Positions 50,292 through 60,632 of a stretch of 64,000 bases of DNA are shown one piece after another; the stretch's first letter is position 1; the number at the start of each line of letters is the position of its first letter. The notes below the pieces were generated by a model, which saw nothing but the letters and a program-made list of their open reading frames with translations, did no database searches and was not told the DNA's origin. This stretch comes from a bacterium (GTDB lineage Bacteria > Zhuqueibacterota > QNDG01): NCBI GenBank assembly GCA_021158245.1, contig JAGGVB010000065.1:6757-70756 (forward strand), read 5' to 3'. Both the position numbers and the translations under genes were made by a program.

Positions 50292-51058
50292 TATTTTTCT
50301 CCGAAGCCCATTAAATGCCACCCCCATTTTTTCACAATGGGTTTTGGTATAATTTTAAATGCTCCTACAAACAGTGTATTAAACAGTACTCCTTTTAATC
50401 CTCCGTGCAGCCTGGAGCGCACAGGAAAACGCTCGGGAACGATCTTCACATTAATAAACGGAGATAATATCTCTCTGAATTCATCAATCGTATATTTTTC
50501 AAGAACAGGCGCATCCTCATGTTCCAAAGAGACTTTAAAAACCCTGGACATAAAATTAAGCCACCCTTTTCTGTTGTAAACCATGGCAATAAACTGACCT
50601 CCGGGTTTTAAAACTCTATAAGCTTCTTCCGCCATTTTAACTGCATTTTCCGTATACTGAAGGACACCGTGAGCATAAACAACATCAAAAGTGTTGTCAG
50701 CAAAACTCATGGCTTCCCCGTCCATAATTTTAAAGTCACCACTTAATCCGAGATGGGAAAAATATTTCCCTGCAAGATCAATTGCTGTTTGTGAAAGATC
50801 AATCCCTGTAACAAGAGCACCGCCTGCAGCAAACTCGGCAAGGTCAATTCCAACACCGCAGCCGATCTCAAGTATTTTTTTGCCTTTGAATCCTTTAAAA
50901 TCAACAATCTTCGGCAGATAGTTCAGTTTATCGAATCTGTACTCTGCAAGTTCTTCAAAAAATTCACGTGATCCAACAGGATGCTTTGCTATCTCAAGAT
51001 CGTGAATACGGCTGTTCCAGTAAGATGCTATCTCTTTTTTCAAGTTTTTGTTTTCCAT
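50291..51058 (-). CDS. Class I SAM-dependent methyltransferase
   Basis: LEIGCGVG, GIDLS, FDVVYAHGVL, LKPGG; start at ATG 51058 (AAGGA SD) or 51067. Confidence 0.9.
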   Translation of the reverse strand: MENKNLKKEIASYWNSRIHDLEIAKHPVGSREFFEELAEYRFDKLNYLPKIVDFKGFKGKKILEIGCGVGIDLAEFAAGGALVTGIDLSQTAIDLAGKYFSHLGLSGDFKIMDGEAMSFADNTFDVVYAHGVLQYTENAVKMAEEAYRVLKPGGQFIAMVYNRKGWLNFMSRVFKVSLEHEDAPVLEKYTIDEFREILSPFINVKIVPERFPVRSRLHGGLKGVLFNTLFVGAFKIIPKPIVKKWGWHLMGFGEK

Positions 51059-51097
51059 TTTAATCATCCTTAAAATTTATAAGAATATCAATAAAAA

Positions 51098-52984
51098 TCA
51101 ACTATTTCCGTAAATATCGTACCACTGTTCAAATACCATAAGAGCCCATAATTTATGGCTGTGATTTGCCCTTCCGTCAATGTGTTCTTTCATCATTCTT
51201 TCAACAAAGTCTGTTTTGAAAAATCCCTGCTGCTCAAGCCTTGTACTGTCAAGAAGATCTGTCATCATATTTTTTAAATCTTTACGTATCCAGTTTTTAA
51301 TAGGTATGCTGAATCCCTGTTTGTCCCGATTCCTGATTTCATCAGGGAGATTGTTCCAGAAAGTTTTGTTAAGTATCACTTTTGTTGCAGCATTTCCCAT
51401 TTTAAACTGCGGAGGAATTGAGAATGCAAATTCAACAACTCTGTGATCAAGATACGGGACTCTCGCTTCAAGTGAATTCGCCATTGACATACGGTCAACC
51501 TTTACAAGTATATTATCAATCAGATATGTGTTGAGATCAATAAAACCGATGCGTGTGACATCATCAATATCCATTGAACTGCAATTGAATTTACGGATAA
51601 AATCGTAACGGTCTGTTTGTGCAAGCTCAGACAGAATTCCTTCTGACAGAAGGCCTGCTCTCTCCTTTTCCCTGAGAAATACCATCCATCTCGCCTGATA
51701 CAGGTCTTCCGGCAATAGTGTCCCTTCAACAAATCTTTTAAAAGCATTAATAGCTCCCTTTTTCTTTTTCGTAGGAGGGAATACATTTGCAGCAGGGGCT
51801 ATTAAATTTTTTCTGATAAAACCCGGAATTTTACTGTAATAGTTCCGGGCAAACATGTGTGCTCTGTAAGTATCATACCCTCCGAAAAGCTCGTCTCCTC
51901 CGTCTCCGGATAAACTTACAGTAACATACTCTCTTGCCATTTTTGATACAAGATAAGTGGGGAATATGGAAAAATCCCCGAATGGTTCATCAAGCTGCTT
52001 TATGAGTTTTTCAGTCAGTTCAAGGGCATCCGGCTGAATAATAAATTCATGATGCTCGGTATTGTACTTTTTTGCAACCGCTCTTGCATAATTCAATTCA
52101 TTGTAGGAAGCCTCTTTAAATCCTATAGAAAATGTTTTTACCCGGTTTCTGCCTGCTTTTGCCATAAGAGAGACAAGTATCGAAGAATCGAGCCCCCCTG
52201 ATAAAAATGCCCCGAGAGGGACATCTGATAAAAGCCTGAGTTTTACTGAATCCGCGAGAAGATAAGAAAGCTTTTCTTCTGCCTGGCTCATCGTCATATT
52301 TTCTTCCCGGGGTATAACCTGCCAGTATCTGTTGCCTGATATTCTTCCATTTTCATATTTCATCCAGTGAGCAGGTTCTAACTTTCGGATTTTACGGAAT
52401 ATTGATCGCGGTGCAGGTATGTATTCAAATGCAAGGAAATTATCCAGAGCCTGAAGATCTATTTCACGGTCAACTTCAGGATGCTTAAGTATGGCTTTAA
52501 TTTCCGAAGCGAAAAGTATTTTATTTCCATCTTCGTAGACATAAAAAGGTTTAATCCCCATCCTGTCCCTTGCAAGAAAAAGGGATTCGTTTTTTCTGTC
52601 CCATATTGCAAAAGCAAACATACCGTTAAGCTTTGAACATACTTCTTCGCCCCACTCTTCGTATCCGTGAATGATTGCTTCAGTATCGCTTTTTGTCCTG
52701 AAAATATGCCCTTTTGCTTCAAGCTCCTGTCTCAGTCCATTGTGATTATAGATTTCACCGTTAAAAACAATTGTTTTTGACCCGTCTTCATTTGATATAG
52801 GCTGGTGCCCTGTAGAGAGATCAATAATAGAAAGCCTGCGCATCCCCAGGCCGACATTTTCCGAAACAGAAATACCCTGATCGTCAGGGCCTCTGTGCAC
52901 GATTGTACTGCACATTAAAGCAAGAATCGCTTTGCCTGCCTGTTTATTCCTGTCCTTGTAAAGAACTCCGCAAATTCCGCACAT
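51098..52984 (-). CDS. asnB: Asparagine synthase (glutamine-hydrolysing)-family amidotransferase
   Basis: MCGICG, HRGPD, RRLSIID, FNGEIYN, LSGGLDSS, SGDGGDELFGGY, KVDRMSMANSLEARVP. Confidence 0.95.
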   Translation of the reverse strand: MCGICGVLYKDRNKQAGKAILALMCSTIVHRGPDDQGISVSENVGLGMRRLSIIDLSTGHQPISNEDGSKTIVFNGEIYNHNGLRQELEAKGHIFRTKSDTEAIIHGYEEWGEEVCSKLNGMFAFAIWDRKNESLFLARDRMGIKPFYVYEDGNKILFASEIKAILKHPEVDREIDLQALDNFLAFEYIPAPRSIFRKIRKLEPAHWMKYENGRISGNRYWQVIPREENMTMSQAEEKLSYLLADSVKLRLLSDVPLGAFLSGGLDSSILVSLMAKAGRNRVKTFSIGFKEASYNELNYARAVAKKYNTEHHEFIIQPDALELTEKLIKQLDEPFGDFSIFPTYLVSKMAREYVTVSLSGDGGDELFGGYDTYRAHMFARNYYSKIPGFIRKNLIAPAANVFPPTKKKKGAINAFKRFVEGTLLPEDLYQARWMVFLREKERAGLLSEGILSELAQTDRYDFIRKFNCSSMDIDDVTRIGFIDLNTYLIDNILVKVDRMSMANSLEARVPYLDHRVVEFAFSIPPQFKMGNAATKVILNKTFWNNLPDEIRNRDKQGFSIPIKNWIRKDLKNMMTDLLDSTRLEQQGFFKTDFVERMMKEHIDGRANHSHKLWALMVFEQWYDIYGNS

Positions 52985-52985
52985 T

Positions 52986-54167
52986 CTATAATCCTTTTTT
53001 CAATGCATTTTCAACTGAGCTCTCTAATTTTTTCCTGTAGATTTTATAACTGTACTTTTCATCAGCAAGTTTTTTTGCATTCATTGCAAGCTCTTTGCCC
53101 AACGACGGATTATTTATGAGGCCTGTAATACCCTGTGCAAAATCTTCCGGTATAGGATCTTTGAGAACTGCTACACTTTCATCCATAACCTGTGTATGCG
53201 TAAGCATTCTGGTTGCAACAATTGGTATACCGGATTTAAGATAAGAATATATTTTTAAAGGTGTGTTTGTCCCCCTGGTACGGGGAGATAAAAGAATTTG
53301 TGCACACATCATGTAGCTTTTTATCTTGTCAGGAGAAACCTGGCCTGTAAAAATAAAATTCCTTTCAACTCCTCTGTCTGCCGCCATTTTTTTATACTGG
53401 TCCACCTGATCCTCATGTCCTCCCACAACAAGAAAAACAATCTCTTTCTTATCTTTTAAAACAAGCCCGGCACTTTTTATTAAAAGGTCAATACCCTGAT
53501 AGGGCTCAAGAGTGCCTGCATAAAGAGCTGTTACTTTGCCCTGTAATCCATGCTTTTTCTTTATCTCTTCGGAAAAATCTTTTTCTCCGAATATCAGTTC
53601 GTAATCAACTACATTTTCTATAAGAAACGATCCCTTTTCAGGCTCAATGGAAAGCACATGATTATACAGATCAGGACAGATCGTTATTATAGAATCTGCA
53701 TTGGACAGCACTAAGTTTTCAAGCCTTTCAAAAACAGAAACAAGAAAACGAGATTTGGAAAACTGGAAATTGGAAAGCTGCTGCGGCAGGCTGGAGTGCA
53801 TATCATAAATATGGGGGACCCTGAATATCTTTGCAAAAAGAGTTCCCCAAAATCCTGCCTCTTCATGGGTGTGGATTAAATCATAATGCCCTGTCATAAT
53901 AAATCTAAAAGAATATGCCGCAAGTACAATATCAAGGGGTACCTTTTTAATTGACGGGCCGATTTTTATTTTTTTTATTCCGGGCATTCGGGGAATCCGT
54001 ATAATACGGACTCCCGGGAAATTAACCTCTTCTCCGATAGGGTAGGTTAAAAGGTCCACCTTGTAACCCATATCGGAATAAGTTTTTAACCTTCCGACCA
54101 CACTAAAGGGTGTGCCTCTCGGTTCAAAAATAGGTTCAGGTGCTATCATCAATATTTTTTTACTCAT
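52986..54167 (-). CDS. Glycosyltransferase family 4
   Basis: EPRGTPFS, YDMHSSL, YAGTLEPYQG, GTNTPLKIYSYL. Confidence 0.88.
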   Translation of the reverse strand: MSKKILMIAPEPIFEPRGTPFSVVGRLKTYSDMGYKVDLLTYPIGEEVNFPGVRIIRIPRMPGIKKIKIGPSIKKVPLDIVLAAYSFRFIMTGHYDLIHTHEEAGFWGTLFAKIFRVPHIYDMHSSLPQQLSNFQFSKSRFLVSVFERLENLVLSNADSIITICPDLYNHVLSIEPEKGSFLIENVVDYELIFGEKDFSEEIKKKHGLQGKVTALYAGTLEPYQGIDLLIKSAGLVLKDKKEIVFLVVGGHEDQVDQYKKMAADRGVERNFIFTGQVSPDKIKSYMMCAQILLSPRTRGTNTPLKIYSYLKSGIPIVATRMLTHTQVMDESVAVLKDPIPEDFAQGITGLINNPSLGKELAMNAKKLADEKYSYKIYRKKLESSVENALKKGL

Positions 54168-54244
54168 TTATTTGACAGGCCGGCTTTATTTTTCACCGGC
54201 CTCCTCCGAAATTTTATTCCGTATCGGTTTTCTCCTGAATAAAA

Positions 54245-55702
54245 TCACACTGCCCCGTACCCTGTAAGCACTACAAACACGGTACGAATAAGTATTTTAA
54301 AATCGAGCCACAGAGAGAAATTGTCTATATACTTCATATCCATTTCCATCCATCTCTCAAAATCTATCTTATTTCTGCCGCTCACCTGCCATATACATGT
54401 TAAGCCGGGTTTCATACTCAGACGCCTTCTGTGCCACACTTCATAAAGCTCAACTTCTGCAGGCAGAGGCGGCCGCGGGCCTACAAGGCTCATATCTCCT
54501 CTAAGTACATTTAAAAGCTGCGGGAGTTCATCAATACTCAGCCTGCGCATAAATCTTCCAAAAGGTGTTACTCTCGGGTCTCTCTTCATTTTAAAAACAG
54601 GGCCCTTCATCTCATTCTGTTCCTGCAGTTTTCTCTTTCTCATTTCCGCACCTACAATCATGGAACGAAATTTATAAAGCACAAATCTCCTGCCGTTCTG
54701 GCCGCATCTGATCTGTTTATAAAACACAGGCCCTTTAGAGCTCAACTTGATCACTGCTGCAGTGAAAAAAAATACAGGGGACAGAATAATCAATGATAAA
54801 GAAGAGACTGTAATATCCAAAACCCGTTTTAAAAAAAGCTGCCACTCTTCAGCAACTGTGGTTTGCAGCAATATAAGGGGTATCCCTGCAAAATCAGATA
54901 ATCTGAGCCTTGCAACCTTAGGTTCAAACAGATCAACCGTAATTGCTGTTACAACCCCTTCATCTTCACAATGATGAATCGCATCTTCAACCCGATTGAG
55001 CCATAATCTCGGCACAACAAAAATAACCCTGTCAATCACAGATTCTCTTAAAATCCTCGGAATATCTCTTATTCGCCCTATTACCTCATAACCCATTACA
55101 CTCGTTCCGAGCAGTTTAGGGTCATCATCAACAAGCCCGACAATCTTCAGCCCCCACTTGGCGTGATCGTGAACACTTTTAATAAATTTCTGCGCTCTCG
55201 GGCCGGTACCTACAATAAGCATATTTACAAGATTATAACCCTGGTTGAATGAGTAGTCAAGTATCCAGCGCCAAAATGCTTTTTCAAATCCCAGAAAAAA
55301 GAAAGCTGTAACTGCAAAAACTCCTACATAAAACCTGCTTGTAAGAGTCATCTTTAAAAGGAATATTCCGCTGCCCATTACTACAATGGAGAGCAGCCCC
55401 GTACGAAATACCCTCCACATTATTTCTACAAATGGCTTAGTACGAAAATTCATATAAACGCCGTCAGCAGACATAAGCCATACCCAGGCAGGAACGGATA
55501 TAAGCACAAGCCAGAGATGATTTCTTAAAAAATAAAATGCACCATTCAAAGTCATGTCAGGGGCGAATGCCATTGGCCCTAAATCCATGTACTGCCTGAA
55601 TCCCATGGTTATAAAAAATGCAGCTCCGAAAGCTATTATAATTGCAACAGCATCAGAAAGCTTCATTAATCTTATAAGAAAAATTTCCTTATCTCTTACC
55701 AT
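54245..55702 (-). CDS. Priming undecaprenyl-phosphate glycose-1-phosphate transferase (WcaJ/CpsE type)
   Basis: [51 protein letters not shown]. Confidence 0.95.
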   Translation of the reverse strand: MVRDKEIFLIRLMKLSDAVAIIIAFGAAFFITMGFRQYMDLGPMAFAPDMTLNGAFYFLRNHLWLVLISVPAWVWLMSADGVYMNFRTKPFVEIMWRVFRTGLLSIVVMGSGIFLLKMTLTSRFYVGVFAVTAFFFLGFEKAFWRWILDYSFNQGYNLVNMLIVGTGPRAQKFIKSVHDHAKWGLKIVGLVDDDPKLLGTSVMGYEVIGRIRDIPRILRESVIDRVIFVVPRLWLNRVEDAIHHCEDEGVVTAITVDLFEPKVARLRLSDFAGIPLILLQTTVAEEWQLFLKRVLDITVSSLSLIILSPVFFFTAAVIKLSSKGPVFYKQIRCGQNGRRFVLYKFRSMIVGAEMRKRKLQEQNEMKGPVFKMKRDPRVTPFGRFMRRLSIDELPQLLNVLRGDMSLVGPRPPLPAEVELYEVWHRRRLSMKPGLTCIWQVSGRNKIDFERWMEMDMKYIDNFSLWLDFKILIRTVFVVLTGYGAV

Positions 55703-55705
55703 GGG

Positions 55706-56662
55706 TTATTTCCCGGTCAAAGTCTTCTTAAACCACTCTGCGAACCTAACTATTCCTTCTTCTATTGGAACAGACGGATTATATCCCAATTCTTTTTTAG
55801 CTTTTGACACATCAGCATAAGTCAAATCCACATCGCCAGGCTGCATGGGAAGATACTCAATATTTGCCTTTTTACCAACAGCATTTTCAATGAGAGAAAT
55901 AAGATAGCCAAGTTCAACAGTACGTGATTCTCCAAGGTTGTAAATATTATAGCCCTTGCATTTATCAAGGGAACGTACTATGCCGTCAACTATATCTGAA
56001 ATAAAAGTATAATCCCTTTTTGTTGTTCCGTCTCCATAAATAGGTATCCTTTTACCTTCGCTTATAAGCCTTGTAAATTTGTGTATTGCCATGTCAGGGC
56101 GCTGTCTCGGGCCGTATACGGTAAAAAAACGCAGGCATGAGACTGATATTGAATAAATGGAGTGATAAGTATATGCAAGAAGCTCACACGCTTTTTTTGT
56201 TGCAGCATAGGGAGAAATCGGGAAATCAACATTATCTGATTCCGAAAAAGGGTGTTTTTTATTATTTCCGTAAACAGAAGAAGATGAAGCCAAAACAAAT
56301 TTATTTACATTATATCGCACACTTGCATCAAGCAGAGTAACAGTACCTTCAATATTTACTTTCTGATAAAGCTTTGGATTCTCAATAGAAGGCCTGACAC
56401 CCGCCCTCGCAGCAAGATGAATTACCGAATCAAACTTATGTTTGTTAAAAATATCTTCAATAAAAGAAACATCACAAATATCACCTTCTTCAAGAAGATA
56501 ATTTCCGCTGCCCATAGCGTTTTTAATGTTGTGCCGTTTTATTAAAGGATCGTAATAATTATTGAAATTGTCAATGCATACAACAAAATGCCCTTCTTTA
56601 AGAAGATACTCTGTTAAATGCGATCCAATAAACCCTGCACCTCCGGTGACAAGAATTTTCAT
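55706..56662 (-). CDS. NDP-sugar epimerase (UDP-glucuronate 4-epimerase-like)
   Basis: TGGAGFIG, HLAARAGVRPS, ASSSSVYG, YAATK, RFFTVYGPRQRPDMA, QPGDV. Confidence 0.9.
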   Translation of the reverse strand: MKILVTGGAGFIGSHLTEYLLKEGHFVVCIDNFNNYYDPLIKRHNIKNAMGSGNYLLEEGDICDVSFIEDIFNKHKFDSVIHLAARAGVRPSIENPKLYQKVNIEGTVTLLDASVRYNVNKFVLASSSSVYGNNKKHPFSESDNVDFPISPYAATKKACELLAYTYHSIYSISVSCLRFFTVYGPRQRPDMAIHKFTRLISEGKRIPIYGDGTTKRDYTFISDIVDGIVRSLDKCKGYNIYNLGESRTVELGYLISLIENAVGKKANIEYLPMQPGDVDLTYADVSKAKKELGYNPSVPIEEGIVRFAEWFKKTLTGK

Positions 56663-56674
56663 TAATCGGCCTCT

Positions 56675-58990
56675 TTAATATCTGTAATAACTGTATCCTT
56701 CATGAGCCACATCAACACCTGCACAATTTAATATTGCTCCCACTATTGTTGTTTCTACGGTTTCGAACAGCTCTAATTTTCTTTTTATATTTTCCTTATT
56801 CGTCATTCCAGACCTTATAAGTACGGCCACTCCGTCAACAAGAGTACCGATTATAACCGCGTCTGTAGCAGCCATCAGCGGGGGGGTGTCAAAAATGATA
56901 AAATCAAAATCTTTTGATACCTCTTCGATAAAATCTTTCATCTGCTGGGATCCTAATAATTCCGAAGGATTAGGGATAAGCGTTCCGCATGTAATAAGTG
57001 AAAGATTAGGTATGTACGTCTCATGCATAACATTTGACAGAGTTGCAATCCCAGTAAGATAGTTTGTCAATCCGGGTTTTTTTGAACAGTCGAAAGTGTT
57101 ATGAAGCACGCCGCGCCTTAAATCAGCATCAATTAAAAGTGTTTTTGATTTCTGTTGTGCTGTTGTAATTGCAAGATTGGCCGCTGTAAAAGACTTACCC
57201 TCCCCTGGTGCTGCACTGCCTATAACGAGGCTCTTAATTCTACCGAATTTTTTAGAATAAAACAAACTTGTACGAAGGCTCCTGTATGCCTCCCCAACCG
57301 GCGTGGGTGAATAATCATGCGTAACTATCTGGGAGCTGATACTCTTTGCCTTTTCGTCATCGGGCAGCTGAAAATCTTTAAATTTAACTGTAGGTATAAC
57401 ACCCAATATAGACAAATTCAGATAACGTTTTACATCTTCAGGGTATTTAATGCTTTTGTCGAGAATCTCCTTTGTCAAGACTATTCCGATACCAAGAAAG
57501 AACCCGAGCAGAACACCGATTATTGCTTTAAGCTTTTTACTTCCTGTTATCGGGGCTGTAGGAGGCACAGCCGGGTCAAGAACAGAAACCTGTTCGGAAA
57601 CACTTACAGCAGAGATCTGAGCCTCTTTATACCTTTTATAAACCATATTGTAAAGTTCTTCATTTGTATTTCTTTCCCGTGTAAGTTTTATTAATTCTAT
57701 CTCTTCAGCAGGAAGTGATTCCAACAGACTCTTCAGCTTCTGAATATTTGCATTCATCTCCTTATTTTGCCGGTCCAGATCTTTAACCTTTTTTTCCGCA
57801 AGTTCATAAATCCGGTTCTCAAGATTTGATATACGGCCGCTTATTTCAATAACATAGGGATTCTGTACCGGAGCACCGTTTTTTATCAGTTCACCTCTCG
57901 CTCTGTCAGAATCTAGAAGCTGCTGGTTTATCATTGACATTGCCGGATCATTCTGGAATACCGGAAGCTGAGGTATCTGTCTGTAAACATAACGTGCTGA
58001 GACACCGGTTGTAATATCAGTAACATTCGGATCAAGCTTTTGCAAAAGCATCTCAAGCTCTCTTTTAGCCAGGTTATTTTGTTTTATTTTAACAGCAAGA
58101 TCGTTAAGTGTGCTTACAGTATTTTCATTCTGTTTTGTAAGGCTTATCGGGTGCTGTATTCTAAACCGTTTTAAAGTATAATCGGATTTGTTTAACTCTG
58201 CTTTAGCCACCTTCAGCTCTTTTTTAAGGTGGCTGCTGATAAGTGTTGACTCCTCCCTGTTCATTGCCATACTTTTTTCAACAAAAATATTTGCCAGCCT
58301 GTTAACAGTCTGGCTTACAAGTACAGGATTAGTATCACGTAATATAATTTTCATTACATTGCCTGACCTGCTGTTTATTATCTTTTCTCTTGATCTTAAA
58401 TTATTAACTGTGGACTGAAACGGATTTATATAAAAATGAATAACTGACCTCCTGCCCACTATATCCTCTTTCAGTGAAAATCTTAACCCGTTATAAAATA
58501 CCGTATCCTGAATAAAAGATGAGGCATGCAGGCTGTCAAGCCGAACTCCATTGTAATAGAAAGAACAATATCCGGAAGGATAAAAAATTAATTTATAATC
58601 TCCGGGGACAGGCCTCCTTGTTGTTGAAAAATGGGAAAAGACTTCATGCCGTTTTAAAGGTGCCAGATGGTCTGATTTTTCCATCTTTAAAGTAAGCCCT
58701 AAATCCGCTGTTACTTCCTCTGCAAACCTCCTGCTTTTAAGTCTTAAAATTCTATTGTCTATTTTAGTAGAAGAAATATTTTTTACATTATCAAAAGTTA
58801 TCAAAGCTGTAGTTTCATAAAGAGGCGGCTGCTTTTTTACATAGATAAGCCATGGCACGGATACCAATATTGTAACAAGGCCTATAAACCACCATCCCTT
58901 TACAAGAGCCGAAATATATCTTTTTAGATCTACACCACCCTGCTCAGCCTGCTGTTCTTCAAAAAAATCTTCCATAAAAACTGTCTCCAT
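56675..58990 (-). CDS. wzc: Wzc polysaccharide co-polymerase / tyrosine autokinase
   Basis: Two TM helices flanking a coiled-coil domain; EAYRSLRT, GEGKS Walker A, LLIDADLR, IIFDTPP Walker B, C-terminal GYSYYRY Tyr cluster. Confidence 0.95.
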   Translation of the reverse strand: METVFMEDFFEEQQAEQGGVDLKRYISALVKGWWFIGLVTILVSVPWLIYVKKQPPLYETTALITFDNVKNISSTKIDNRILRLKSRRFAEEVTADLGLTLKMEKSDHLAPLKRHEVFSHFSTTRRPVPGDYKLIFYPSGYCSFYYNGVRLDSLHASSFIQDTVFYNGLRFSLKEDIVGRRSVIHFYINPFQSTVNNLRSREKIINSRSGNVMKIILRDTNPVLVSQTVNRLANIFVEKSMAMNREESTLISSHLKKELKVAKAELNKSDYTLKRFRIQHPISLTKQNENTVSTLNDLAVKIKQNNLAKRELEMLLQKLDPNVTDITTGVSARYVYRQIPQLPVFQNDPAMSMINQQLLDSDRARGELIKNGAPVQNPYVIEISGRISNLENRIYELAEKKVKDLDRQNKEMNANIQKLKSLLESLPAEEIELIKLTRERNTNEELYNMVYKRYKEAQISAVSVSEQVSVLDPAVPPTAPITGSKKLKAIIGVLLGFFLGIGIVLTKEILDKSIKYPEDVKRYLNLSILGVIPTVKFKDFQLPDDEKAKSISSQIVTHDYSPTPVGEAYRSLRTSLFYSKKFGRIKSLVIGSAAPGEGKSFTAANLAITTAQQKSKTLLIDADLRRGVLHNTFDCSKKPGLTNYLTGIATLSNVMHETYIPNLSLITCGTLIPNPSELLGSQQMKDFIEEVSKDFDFIIFDTPPLMAATDAVIIGTLVDGVAVLIRSGMTNKENIKRKLELFETVETTIVGAILNCAGVDVAHEGYSYYRY

Positions 58991-59025
58991 TCAGTACAAA
59001 CATAATATTAACAGGAATCAACATT

Positions 59026-59739
59026 TTAATAATTTCTGGATTTTAACCTTAAATACAACAGCAGTACCGATGCTGCCAAATTTATAATACCAACTAAAAA
59101 TGCTATACTAAGCTCATTCTTCCTTGGTGCAATAATCTGATCTCCGGATTCAATACCAACCTCTTCAAGAGAAATCCCTGCCTCAAAACTTTCAAGAAGT
59201 TTTTTAATAACAACCTTCCCCCCCCTCTCAGCTCTTAAACCCTCAAGATTGCAGTTGCTTGTCGGGCCTCCTGCCAAAGCAACAACATCCCACAAAGAAC
59301 TTGAAGGGTCAACTCTGTACGCTCCAGGCCTGTTAAAAGCACCCTGAAGAGTAAGGCGTATTAACGGCCTGATACTGACATAAGGATGGTTCAATTGAGA
59401 GGAGTATTTATCAATCAGAATCTGTTCAAGTTCATAAACAGTAAGCCCCTTAATCCTTACCTGTCCGATAAGTGGCATGATTATATTGCCGTCTGGTTTA
59501 ATCGTATAATCTCCGCTGATATCTCTGTTCTGTTTTTGCCCCTGGAAAAGTTCCCATATTTGAATTCGGACTGCATCGCCTGGCTGAAAAATTGTCAATG
59601 ATCGGGCAGAATTCCTCCACTGTGAACTCCTCTCCGCCTGTGCAAACAGAGCACTTGCATTTATAAACAATAGTACACCTATTATCAGCATAACTCTTTT
59701 AATAACAAGGCTGTTACATGTCTTAAATTTCATATTCAT
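59026..59739 (-). CDS. wza: Polysaccharide export protein (Wza/OPX, Poly_export plus SLBB)
   Basis: QPGDAVRI, DGNIIMPLIG, GAFNRPGAY, ALAGG, C-terminal helix; start moved to ATG at 59739 (AAAGGA SD). Confidence 0.85.
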   Translation of the reverse strand: MNMKFKTCNSLVIKRVMLIIGVLLFINASALFAQAERSSQWRNSARSLTIFQPGDAVRIQIWELFQGQKQNRDISGDYTIKPDGNIIMPLIGQVRIKGLTVYELEQILIDKYSSQLNHPYVSIRPLIRLTLQGAFNRPGAYRVDPSSSLWDVVALAGGPTSNCNLEGLRAERGGKVVIKKLLESFEAGISLEEVGIESGDQIIAPRKNELSIAFLVGIINLAASVLLLYLRLKSRNY

Positions 59740-59834
59740 CAATCTATCCTTTCTATCCACAATCCAAACTTTTTCTAAATAAGAATAAAATTGCAAATAA
59801 CATACCATCATTACAATCTTGACAATTTGTTCAT

Positions 59835-59860
59835 AAAAAAGCATCCGCTCTGCGGATGCT
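59835..59860 (-). terminator. Rho-independent terminator after the STAS gene
   Basis: Minus strand GCATCCGC-aga-GCGGATGC followed by TTTTTT. Confidence 0.8.
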
Positions 59861-59886
59861 GATAAAACTATCAATACATATTGCTT

Positions 59887-60594
59887 CTACCTTGAACGAT
59901 AGAAGCGGTAACGTTTCTCCTTCGTTTCCAGATTTAAATTTTTAAGTATGGAACGGAGTTTAAACAGTCCAATCCTGATATTGCTGTATTTCCCTGATCT
60001 GAGCGTATCTCTGATATGCCAAATACTTGCCAATGGCTGCTCAACAACAATCTCTTTTATTTTTTGTTCCAGGGGAGAATCACTATTCATATCATGAAAA
60101 CCAGCACCCTGCTTTGAAGATTGTTCCGCAAAATCCAAATCTTCCGAATGCCTCTTTTGAAGTCTGCTCAACAGATCCTTTTCAGTTGCAATAACAGGTT
60201 CACCTGCTTCTGAAATATCTATCCCGCGAATAATATCAAACTCATCAACCGCTTCTTCAACTGTCTCATACGAATTGAGAATCTTGTTAAATTCAAGCAT
60301 TTCAAAAACTTCAAACACCTCGGGCATCATTTGTGCAACTTTTAAATCTCCGCCATTTTGACGGATATTTTTAATCTCTCCCACAAAGACACCCCATCCT
60401 GCACTGCTGATATATGACACATTGCTTAAATCAGAAACAATAAGATAACGATTCTTGTCGTACAATGACTGGAATACTCCGGCAAGTTCCTGACATGTTG
60501 CAGTATCCACACAACCTTTGATTTCCATTAATGCTATATCAAGACGCGAGCCGACAAAAGAGACTGAAACTTCAATACCCTGAGCTTCCATCAT
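59887..60594 (-). CDS. STAS-domain anti-sigma-factor antagonist with an extra C-terminal helical domain
   Basis: GCVDTAT, DLSNVSYISSAGWG, GGDLK, VFEMLEF; about 120 aa extension. Confidence 0.85.
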   Translation of the reverse strand: MMEAQGIEVSVSFVGSRLDIALMEIKGCVDTATCQELAGVFQSLYDKNRYLIVSDLSNVSYISSAGWGVFVGEIKNIRQNGGDLKVAQMMPEVFEVFEMLEFNKILNSYETVEEAVDEFDIIRGIDISEAGEPVIATEKDLLSRLQKRHSEDLDFAEQSSKQGAGFHDMNSDSPLEQKIKEIVVEQPLASIWHIRDTLRSGKYSNIRIGLFKLRSILKNLNLETKEKRYRFYRSR

Positions 60595-60632
60595 ATCAAA
60601 ACTCTCCTTGCCGGTGCAAAATAATATTAAAC

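Noticed and set aside
54177-54202. AGGCCGG/CCGGCCT hairpin between the priming transferase and GT4
   Set aside because: 12-nt loop and no U-tract on the coding strand, so it is not supportable as a terminator.
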